Shown: piece by piece, positions 1-11,900 of the stretch | Numbering within the stretch: the stretch's first letter is position 1 | Layout of the letters: every line of letters begins with the position of its first letter | Assembly (NCBI GenBank): GCA_951406725.2 | Contig: OX597826.1 | Location: forward strand, 75,950,001 to 76,014,000 | Source of the DNA: Octopus vulgaris | Taxonomy: Eukaryota | Reading direction: 5' to 3' | DNA: 64,000 bases | The notes under the pieces: generated by a model | Database searches by the model: none | Seen by the model: only the letters and a program-made list of their open reading frames with translations | What the model was told of the DNA's origin: nothing | Translations under genes and position numbers: made by a program

Positions 1-983
1 CCTTCCAATAAAGGTGAGCCCTATACAACTGAGGCACTGTTTTACAACTGGATACTCTTCCTGTCACTAATCCTTAACTGTTTTTTTTTTTTAAATAAAG
101 GATCTCTTATTCCATGTGACTTTGAAGGTATAGAGCAATGAAAAATTGGTTGACAGGGGAATCGACAACATCACGGCTTGTAGCTCAGCAATTTTTGAAG
201 ATGTGCAAATGTAAACACACATACATATTTACAAACACAATATCCTTCCTCCTACTAACATGGAATTAAAATTTCTTATGATAACATAAAATTGTAAATT
301 TAACAATAACTTCTTAGTTACGATTTGCACAAACGAAACTGGTCGACACTGTATCTTATTAAAAGAAAAGAAATTTCTGTGCATTTTCCTTATTTTATAT
401 TTTTCACTACAATTTATTATGTGGAGAAAAAAAAACTTTTCATTGAAGCTTTTCACTATATATATATATATATATTACATATACACAACAGGCCTCTTTC
501 AGTTTCAGTCTACCAAATCCACTAACAAGGCTTTGGTTGGCTCGGGGCTATAGGAGAAGACCCCTGCCCAAAGTGGCACATACTGAGACTGAACCTGAAA
601 CCATATGGTTGGAAAGCAAAAAACCCTCCTAACCACAACACTTGCTTTTAGTACTGCTCTCTTCTGTATGCCTGGCACTCCGTCGGTTATGACGAGGATT
701 CCAGCTGATCCGATCAACAGAACTGCCTGCTCGTGAAATTAACATGCAAGGGGCTGAGCATCCACAGACACAAGTACCCTTAACATATTTCTCAGGGAGA
801 TTCAGCATGACACAGAATGTGACAAGGCTGGCCCCTTTGAAATACAGGTACAACTTGTTTTTGCCAGCTGAGTGGACCAGAGCAATGTGAAATAAAATGT
901 TTTGCTCAAGGACACGCATTGCCAGGATTTGAACTCACAACCTTACAATTGTGAGCCGAATGCCCCTAATCACCAAAACTTAC

Positions 984-1079
984 TTTTACTCTTCAACGTC
1001 TGTTTCTCAGTTGGTGGTGTCTGAGTTCTTTTGTTTCGGGAAGGTGAAGATTTGTCTCCTGTGACACCTGAGGGTACAC
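984..1079 (-). CDS. Repeat exon R8 (VPSGVTGDKSSPSRNKRTQTPPTEKQTLKSK)
   Basis: TCCCCTCAG| ... AAAA|GTAAGT, 96 nt; alternative acceptor at 1067; inside ORF 970..1173. Confidence 0.8.
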
Positions 1080-1528
1080 CTGAGGGGAGAACAAAAAAAA
1101 AAACACACAACAATTTCATATTTGACAGACATTTCTGAAAACAATGAACAACAATGAAAGACAAAAAAAACATGCAAAAGAATAAACAGAATATGAAGAA
1201 AAGGAAAGAAAATTGAAGAACAGGAAAAATGGAAGAGAATTAAAGAAATAAGAATAGAATGGTAACTGCCATGAATGTATGTTTGTGCATTTGTGTATTT
1301 ATATACAGACACATATACATTTATTTACTTGTTTCAGTCATTTGACTGCAGCCATGCTGGAGCACTGCCTTTAGTTGAACAAATCGACCCCAGGACTTGC
1401 TCTTTGTAAGCCTAGTACTTATTCTATCGGTCTCTTTTGCCAAACCGCTAAGTTACGGGGACGTAAACACACCAGCATCAGTTTTCAAGCAATGGTGTGG
1501 AGACATCACACACACACACATGCATACA

Positions 1529-1586
<58 letters not shown>

Positions 1587-2206
1587 CACAACAGGTTTCT
1601 TTCGGTTTCTGCCTACCAAATCCACTCACAAGGCTATAGCTGAAGACGCTTGCCCAAGGTGGGATTGAACCCGAAACCATGTGGTTGGGAAGCAAGCTTC
1701 TTACCACACACCCATGCTGTGCCTAGAAACAATAACACAAATGGGCTGAGGTTCACTACAGCTGTTTCAGGTGAGTTTTTTTATTGGCCCATATCATCAC
1801 CATCGTTTAACGTCCGTTTTCCATGCTAGCATGGGTTGGACAGCTCGACCGGGGATCTGGGAAGCCAGGAGGCTGCACCAGGCTCCAGTCTGATCTGGCA
1901 ATGTTTCTACAGCTGGATGCCCTTCCTAATGCCAACCACTTCAATTAAATATACAATTCTTTTTATCCTGGGTGATGACCAAGCCAGTATGATTTCTTTC
2001 TCTTTTGTGATTCATAGATTTGCTTAGCAATTTGGAATAAGGAATCAAAGCTCTTACTGACCGTTTTCCTGTCAGTAAAATCTGTTGCCAAGTTCCAGTT
2101 ACAAAGGAAGGACAAGGCAAGTGAAGGATACAGTCACTGCAGAGAAGTGTCCCCTTAAACCGCCCTCAGGTTCAATCGCAGTGCAGCATTTGATCCCCTA
2201 TGTATC

Positions 2207-2247
<41 letters not shown>

Positions 2248-2416
2248 TTATTCATGGCTGGAGGGATACATGTATATACCTACATATATAAATATATGGA
2301 TGGAGGAATGCATGTGTGTGTTTATGTGTATAGGTAGATATATATATGGCTGGAGGGATGCATGTATATATGCATATACATACATATATAATATATGAAT
2401 GGAGGAATACATGTGT

Positions 2417-2467
<51 letters not shown>

Positions 2468-5400
2468 TATATGGCTGAAGGGATGCATGTATATATGTAT
2501 ATACATACATAATATATGGATGGAGGAATGCACGTGTGTGTGTATGTATATATATATATGTCTGGAGGGATGCATGTATATATGTATATACATACATATA
2601 TAATATATGAATGGAGGAATACATGTGTGTATGTGTGTATGTATATATATATATATATATATACATACATAATATATGGATGGAGGAATGCATGTGTGTA
2701 TGTATGTATATATATATATATATCTGGAGGGATGCATGTATATATGTATATACATACATATATAATATATGGATGGAGGAATGCATGTGTGTGTGTGTGT
2801 ATATATATATATAATGTTTGTTTTTATGTTTAATCATAATAAAAACAATTGTACGTTAATCCAAGGGGGTTCCTCTCTACTCCTGTGGGGTACAAATTTA
2901 TTTTTTCTTAAACAAGAATATTACCGACAGTGACTTCGAAGTTTTGGCCAATTAAGACATCAATGGACAATGATGGCTTAACTGACTGAAACTTCAAAGT
3001 CACTGTCGGATAATATTCTCGCTTAAGAATAAGTGTGTGTGTGTGTGTGTGTGTGTGTCAAACTTACTTTTACTTCTCACTGTATGTTTCTCAGTCGATG
3101 ACGGCTGAGTTTTTTTGTGTCGTTGCGGTGAGGATTTATCTTCAGGCACATCTGAAGGGACACCTGATGGAAAAACGTTCATGCTTTATAGAGATTTCTA
3201 AAAAATAATAAACAACTACAAAGAAATATAAGAAAAAAAACAGAAGAAACAAGGAACAATAGACGGAAGAAAAAATCAAAAATCAAAAAGAAAAATGAGA
3301 AGTGGAGGGGAGGGGAGAAACAGCAGAATGAGGATAAGATAAGGGCAGAGGAACCACCATGGACAGAGCAAGGCCACCCAACCCACCTCTGTTGTGGACA
3401 ATGAAGAGATGACATCTGCAGACTGCACCACTGCATGTGAGAAAGTGCAGTGTTAATCCTCAGTTAGGTGAAGGTGCAGGATATTTTAGGAAATATAGAT
3501 ATATGGGCTACATTTATGGGTTTGTCTGGCTAAGATCATGTCTGTCCAATCAGGACTGACTGTGGGATATACAAAAACTTGAATGACCCCCTAATACAAT
3601 ATTACATCCATCCAGTTTTGCCACCCACTATTCCTGGGAGGACTGTGGGGGGTAGAGTCCTCCTCAGCCACTTCCTCCAAGGGGTCCTATCAAAAGCAAC
3701 TGTCGTTACATTTTCCAGCTGGATCCCCAACTGCATCCGTCTGAGACTATAGCCCTTATCCAACCATTTTGCTGTTGGTCCTACCTTAGGGTCTCCTGCC
3801 AGTTGGCCTGGCGTGAAGAATCTGTCTTGTGATTCTTTCCAGTGGCATTCTAATCACATGTCCAAAGGGCCAGAGCTGTAGCAGCTTGACCGGGAGAGAC
3901 TTAATGATCTCTGACCCAACACCCTGTCAAGTAATGTTACTCCAGAGATCCTTCAGAGAAACCCATATCGGCCCCTTATATTTTCAATTATATTCTTCTG
4001 GTCATTATCCAAAATCCATGGTCATAGGAGAGGACAGGCACAATACTGATTATTGAAATTAAAATCCATTTTCTTAAAATATCCTAAAACTGAACAGGGA
4101 TCAGATCTGTGCCTTTACAAATGCAGTCAATAATTGCAAAAGGTCCCCTAAAATATTTGTGCATAAACTTATCGCATTTATAAGAATAAAATGTCCTCCT
4201 TAATTAAGGATAAAGAATAATGCCCCTTCCTGAGTCATTGAGGCCTATAGGTCCTGTTTTGGGGTTGCTGGACAGGATGTCAGTCTGTCACAAGATTACT
4301 CAGTTTTGCCCACCAAGTGGACCGGAGCAATGTGGAATGAAGTGCTTTGCTCAAGAACACAACACATCGGCAGGACCCAGGAAATGAAACCACAAATTTA
4401 CCATCATGAGTCCAGCACCCTAACCCCCAAGCCATGTATCTCCACCTTCCTTTATTTGTACATAATTTAAAACCATGATTAAATAATCAAAAACAATTAT
4501 GTATACTTGTCATTAAGCAAAGAGAAGCTATTATATACATGTGTATGCCTGTGCGTGTGTGTGTGTGTGTGTGATCATCATTTAATGCCCATCCCCCAGG
4601 TTGACATGGGTTACACAGTTTGACAGCATCCAGCAAGTCACAGGGCTGTGCCAAGTCCCAGTGTTGGCTTTGGCATTGTTTCTATGGCTGGATGCCCTTT
4701 CTAATGCCAACCACATTAAAGTGTGTACTGGATGCTTTTTTTAAATGATATATATAATAATGAATAATAATAATGAAATTATTGTATACAGTGCTCAGGT
4801 GCACCACAACTTGTCAGAAAGTGCATATAAAGTACATGCAGTAATGTACAAATGTCTGGAAAGCGAACAGTGTATGAGTCAGATAGATGCTTGTGTGTGT
4901 ATGGAGGGAGAAAATCAGGTGTAGTGTTGGCGAATCTCAGAAAGCATGGAAGTTTTGAAGGATGCAGTGCTCCGACAACTAACAACTGATGCCGGCAGTT
5001 TGTTCCATGCTTCAGCAACTCTCAGTGTGAAAAAATGTTTCCTGAAGTCATGGAAGGAGCTGTGCTGTTTTCTGACTCTGTAAATATATAACTTACTTTT
5101 GCTTTTCGATGTCTGTTTAGCAGTTGGTGATGGCTGAGACATTTTGTGTTTTGAAGGTGAAGATTTATTTTCGGGCAAACCTGAAGGTACACCTGAGATA
5201 CACTTCATAGCTATTTCAGAAAATGCTGAACAACAAAAGAGAAACAAGGAAAAGAAAGAAAATCACAGGTAATACAATAAAAATAAGGTGAGGAAAGGAA
5301 TGAAAAAATAATAGTGAGAAAGAGTAGAATAAGAGGATGACTATAGATGCATGGTTTAGATAGATCAAAAGATTTGCTGGTTGCACTCATTCAGTTGGCT

Positions 5401-5600
5401 ACTTCAGGTATCATACACATCATCCCAATGAGACCTGGCCCAAAGCTGTATATCAAACCTTAATATAATTTACATTTGACAGATACTTGTCCTCATCTTG
5501 TTTGTTGTTAACACAGCATTTTGGCCGATATACCCTCCAGCCTTCATCAGGTGTCTTGAGGAAATTTCAAACCTGGCTTTTCATTCCTAAGGTATTTTTC

Positions 5601-5638
<38 letters not shown>

Positions 5639-8600
5639 TAATAATCGAACTCGGAATCTTGGGGTTAGTGACCTGAATATAATAATAACATTGAAAAAAT
5701 ACCTTAGGAATGAGAACCCAGGTTTAAAATTTCCCCAAGACACCTGATAAAGGCTGGAGGGTGTATCAGCCAATACGTTGTGTTAACAACAAACAAGATG
5801 AGGACAAATATCCGTCAAATGTAAATAATGTGAATAATGTAAATAATGTATCAATCTTCTTCTTTGCGACAAGGGAGTGTATGCAATAGAATATAGAAAT
5901 AAAATATCACAGAATTTGTTTCAGCAACTCTAGTTTTACTGTTTTCTCAATGATGTTAACACTTTTTACATCATTGATGGACACAGATACATACACAGAC
6001 ACAAATATATGTATATTTACACAAACACACAAACGCTACAGGCATCTGCCCATTATCTGTTTACCAAATTCTAACCTCAAGGTATCAATCAACCCAATCT
6101 TCATCATCATCATCAATCATTAACCTCCATTTTTCATGCTGGCATGGATCACATGGTTTAAGAGGAGGAGCTGCACCAGGTTCCATTGTCTGTTGCGACA
6201 TGGTTTCTACGGCTGGATGCCCTTCCTAACGCCAACCACTTTAAAAAGTGTACTGGGTGCATTTTATGTGGTACCAGCACAGATGCTTTTTACCAAAGGT
6301 ATCATAAAAGGCATTCAAGGTAACATGCAATGGGATTCGACTCAGAACCATGTGGTAGTGAAAAGAATTTAACAACACATTCATTCCTGCCAGAATTCCT
6401 CAACCACTTTCATGCTTCGGCCCACATCCCTGTGATTACACACCAAGTGCTTCAACCTTTAAGCTAAACTGCTCAGTAATGAATTTTTTCTGCAATTTTA
6501 GGATTTATAAATCTAGCTTCATAAGATGTTAAGGTTAAATTCAAATTACGATGAAAGTAAACGAAGAAAGTTTGCCTTAGAAGCGTTGAGATGTTTTGAA
6601 AGATTCAGAAATGATTTATCCTCAGACGCATGATGATGCTGATAGAATAGCATGAACAGGATAAACTAGCCATATATTGCAGGAACTTACTTTTAGTTTT
6701 CAATGTGGATTTAGCAATTGGTGATGGACGAAGTTTTTTGTGTCGTAAAGGTGAAGATTTGTCTTTGAGTACACCTGAGGGTACTGCTGGGGAAAAAATT
6801 TTGAATTTTATGGATATTTACAAAAATAATGAACAAAAGAAGAAAAAAAAGGAAAATAAAGTACAAAATAAAAGAAACAAACAAAAGAAAAATGTAACAA
6901 AACAAACGTAAAGAAAGACTAGAAAGAAAGAAAGAAATAAGGAGAGAATGAGAAGACTATACTGTGGGGCAACAACTGACATGCTCTGGCTAAGTCCACC
7001 TCGCTCAGGCTAAGTCCACCTCACTCATTGCCACTGCCGCTCCCACATAATCAACTTTAGGTTAAAGAATTGTAAATCTCAACTCAGTCTTTGTCCCTCC
7101 AGCACTGACAACAGCCCCGTGATTTAATCACAAGATCCCGTTCAAAGTGAGGCTGAAAGTTCCTTTATTAAACATACCTGCATAATATGCATCAAAAAAG
7201 ACTGGGAATTATTTCTGCCACCTTTCAGTAAATCTTGGTGTTTTTCGTCAAGTCTGGCTCCATTTTCTTTCGGTATTTCGTCTTATCTTCTTTCAGTTAT
7301 TCTTTACTCTCTTCATTCACTCTTCTTATTCTCACAGACTAACATTCATTATTCTTTTGTCTTCTCCATAAATTTCACCCATTTTTTTTTTAACTAAAGA
7401 TAAAAATTCTTTAATACTGAATGCTACTCTGTAACTGGTTTAAGTCATTGGATTACAACCATGTTGGGGCACTGCCTTCAAAAGGCTTCAGTTGATCATA
7501 TCAACCCACAATTGCTTTCAGTTTGGCATTTATTTTATCAATATCTATTTGTCAAATTGTTAAGTCACACTTTTTGACAAAATATCAGTGTTTTTTCTTA
7601 AGCACTGGTAAACACAGACACAAAAATACTCACACACACACAGACATATGCACAACAGGCTTCTGTACAGTTTTCACCAACCAAATTGCAATCTTAAGAT
7701 ATCGGTCATCCTGAAGCTACAGTAGAAGACACTTACCCAAGGTGCCATGCAGTGAGATTGAACTCAGAACCACATGGTTCCATAGCAATCTTGTTAACAA
7801 CAAAGTTATATACATAAAAACTTACTTTTACTTTTCAATGTATGTTTAGCAGCCAATGGTGGCTGAGGTCTTTTGTGTCGTGACGGTGGGGTTTTGTCTT
7901 TGGCTTCACCTGAGAGTACAAAAAAAAAAGAAACATGGGTGTTTTATAGATAAAGCTGAAAATATTAACAACAAAGAAGTAAAAAGAAGCAATGGAAATA
8001 AAGCAAGAAGAAAAATGAAAAATAGAGGGAAAACGAAGAAAGAAAAGAACAAAGGAACAGCAACTGCTACACAGTGTCCAAGTCCACCTCAACTGAGGCC
8101 ATCATATGACTCAATAGATTTTCAGAAACATTGGATAGCAGAGAGATTGCAATACTTGCTATGGTAAAAGAGCAATGCCATGGAATTGTTTCAGTCATTA
8201 GACTGTGGCCATGCTGGGGCACCACCACTGCATGTCAGGATGTGCAGCATTGGACCACAGCCAGCTGGAGGAATGCTATATGTAGGTCATAGCTGCATGC
8301 TTGGGCACCATATAGGCCCTGCTAAACCAGGACTGACAAAAGGTTAACCTCCACCAGTATTTGTATATTTTAATGATTTTATTCAAATTAAAATACATGC
8401 TGGTACAACCAAAGAAAAAAGTACCCAGTCCACTCTGTAAAGTGGTTGGCATTAGGAAGGGCATCCTACTGTAAAAACCATGCCAAAACAGACAGTGGAG
8501 CATGGCCCTGTCCTCTGGCTTACCAGTTCCTGTCAAACACTGTCCAATCCATGCCATCACGGAAGACAAATGCTAAATGATGATGGAATAGGAAACATAA

Positions 8601-8874
8601 TTGAAGTTCAAATACTACAATAACAGTTATACAATTTCGGAGATGTACTCACATAGCAAGTGACTTGATCTGAGATCGTGTGCTGAAACGAAAACAATTG
8701 CAGCGTGGAAGGTGTTTATAAGCCATTTAAGAAACACACAAAAGCCGTTCGATTCACGTCAACATTTAAGTTTAATTTGTCAAAATATTTTCCTCGCTTT
8801 AAGACCGTGACCTGTTCACTGACAAAAATCCGAGATGCATCTACAATTGTTTAGGTTATAAGCCCCCACTACAT

Positions 8875-8942
<68 letters not shown>

Positions 8943-11900
8943 CTTAAATATAGCCATGAAACACGTGTCGTTATTCTACCAAATATATACGTTTTTATTA
9001 TTATTTTGCAATTTACTTAATCATCGGTATATCATTGTTATTTTATTTTTAATATTTCTATTATATGTAATTTTTTAGATGGTGTAATTTAATTGTTCAT
9101 TTTGAATTGATAAAAGGTGGGTTTTTTTCTAATTTTTATATATATATTATATTTTGTGAAATTTGATTTAGTATTTCTAAATTGAATTTTTCCCTGTAAG
9201 TTAGAAATAATATTCCTCTAAAATAATTATTATATATATATATATATTACGGAGATGTACTCGCATAGCAAGTGATTTGATCTGAGATTGTGTGCTGAAA
9301 CAAAAACAATTGCAGCATGGAAGGTGTTTGTAAGCCATTTAAGGAACACACAAAAGCCGTTCGATTCACTTCAACAATTAAGTTTAATTTGTCAAAATAT
9401 TTTCGTCGCTAAAATCCGCAACCTGTTCACTGACAAAAATCCGTGCTGCATCTGATATATATATATATATTACAGAGATATTTAAAACTATTCACCATGG
9501 AATTCATTACAATATTTGTTGTAAATGCTTAAAGCTGACAGTAAAACAGTCACGGGCACTATTAACAATAAGTGAGTAGGGAAGAGCACAAGGCCATCAG
9601 GGATAGTCACTAAGATACTTAAAATATCTCTCAAAGTAGGTCATGTGCTAGTTGGTCTCTCAGTTAATCAGGCAGCACAGACAGCTGTCACACCCAATGA
9701 TTTGCACACCTGTATCATTAGGTACAACAACAATATGACAATAGCAAAGGAGAAGAACTAAAGAGAGGTCACCACTGAAGCACCAAAATGATTGGTGAGA
9801 TTGTGAAAGTCAGTGTGTTTATAGCACAAGGGGTTAGGAACAGAATTAACTGGGAAGGGATGCTGAGGCCAGTGTCAAAGGGAGACAACTGCGGATAGGA
9901 TCTTTTACTTGTTTCAGTCATTTGACTGTGGCCATGCTGGAGCACCGCCTTTAGTCGAGCAAATACACCCCCAGGACATTCTTTGTAAGCCGAGTACTTA
10001 TTCTATTGGTTTCTTCTGTTGAAAGCTAAGTTACAGGGATGTAAACATACCAGCATCGGTTGTCAAGCGATGTTGGTGGGGGGTAAAAACACAGACACAC
10101 ATATATATATACAATGTCTTCTTTCAGTTTCCGTTTACCAAATCCACTCACAAGGCTTTGGTCAGCCTGAGGCTATAGTAGAAGACACTTGCCCAAGGTG
10201 CCACGCAGTGGGACTGAACCCGGAACCATGTGGTCAGTAAGCAAGCTACTTACCACACAGCCACTCCTATATTTAGTATAAAGCCTTTGTGTCAAGTATG
10301 TGACAACCTAGAGAAGGCATTTGCTAAGATCCCACGTTCTGCAGTCTGACAGTGAATTAGGAAACAAAAGGTAGATGAATGACTCATTAGAGCCACTCAA
10401 GCCATGCACAAAAGTACAATCAGCTACGTGAAGAGTTAGCAGTGAATTCAGCAGAAAATTTAGCATGCAGTTAATGATCTGTTCTTAGTCATCTACAGGG
10501 GGTTTTTTTTTTTTCTTTTTTGGTTTCCCATACCAGAAGAGTCCAAGACTAGCATTTAATGAAAAATGCCATGTTCTGAGGATTGGTTCTTACAGCTGAA
10601 AATGTAAGAGAGTTAGGCAATTCCAGGCATGAGAGCAAAACCTACAATTCAGGAGACCTCAAAACAAACTTAACAAAAACTAAAGTTTTAGTAAAAATAA
10701 GAAAGAACGCAGCACCCTGCTTGTATCAGGAAAATTACATTGATTGATCTATAGGAAGAAAAGAAAGACAAGTAGAAATTCCAGTGTACCCAGAATAAAC
10801 TATGGGTGAACAAGTGACGTTATAGAAAGCTCACCAGCAGACTGGCAGAGAAGGTAGGCCTTAAAACTGTGGCAGATGGAGATTATTGTAAGAATTAACC
10901 CTTTCGTTACTGCATTTCTGTTGAGATCCTCTCTGTTTCTTTCAATTACTTTAAATATAACAAAGAATTTAGTAAAATAACTTAGTTATCATTCAGCTAG
11001 TGTTAGGAACATAAATTGTGACTAAAGTTTGGTGGAAGATTTTAATTCAAAACTTATGAAAATAAGACATTTATATACAGAGCCGGTTTCAGCCGGGTTG
11101 GTAACGAAAGGGTTAATGTAAAACCAATTCTGTTAAATACTTGGAAGACTCCCTTGAAGTAGTTGAAAGCCTTCGCTACTTAGATTACCGAATTAACAGT
11201 GAAGATGGAGGCTTCAAGAGCACTGTAACTGAAGCAAGAAATTGCAGGAAAAGTTCCAGGAGTTACCATTTCTGTTGGTAACAAACTGCTTTTCTCTTCC
11301 ATGGTAAATGACAGATAACAATGTTTGTGTGAAAAGAGCAACGCTGCATAATAAGAAGGGTATGGACTTGCTTCAGTCATTAGACTGTGGCCATGCTGGG
11401 GCACCATCTTGAAGAATTTTAATCAAATGAATCAATGCCAGGACTTTTGGCTTTTTGCATTGAAGCCTGGTACTTATTCTATCAGTCTCTTATACTGAAC
11501 CACTAAGTTATAAAGATGTAAACACACCAACACCAGCTGTCAAGCAGTGGTAGGAAACACTCAAAGAAAAACACACACATTAAATATAACCCATGGAAAG
11601 CGGACGCTAAACGATGATGATGATATAGTTACGTATATATATGTATATATATATTTATTTACCTATGTATATATGTGTGAATGTATATATATATATATAA
11701 ACAGTTTTCTTTCAGCTTCTGTCTACCAAATCCACTTACAAGGTTTTGGTCAGCCCAAGGTTATAGTAGAAGACATTTGCTCGAAGTACCATGCAGTGGG
11801 ACTGAACCTGGAACTTCTAACCACACAGCCACGCTTATGCTTTAATCATTTTACCTCACTAATCCTCTCCCCAATTCACTGTACCACATGGGTCATGGCA

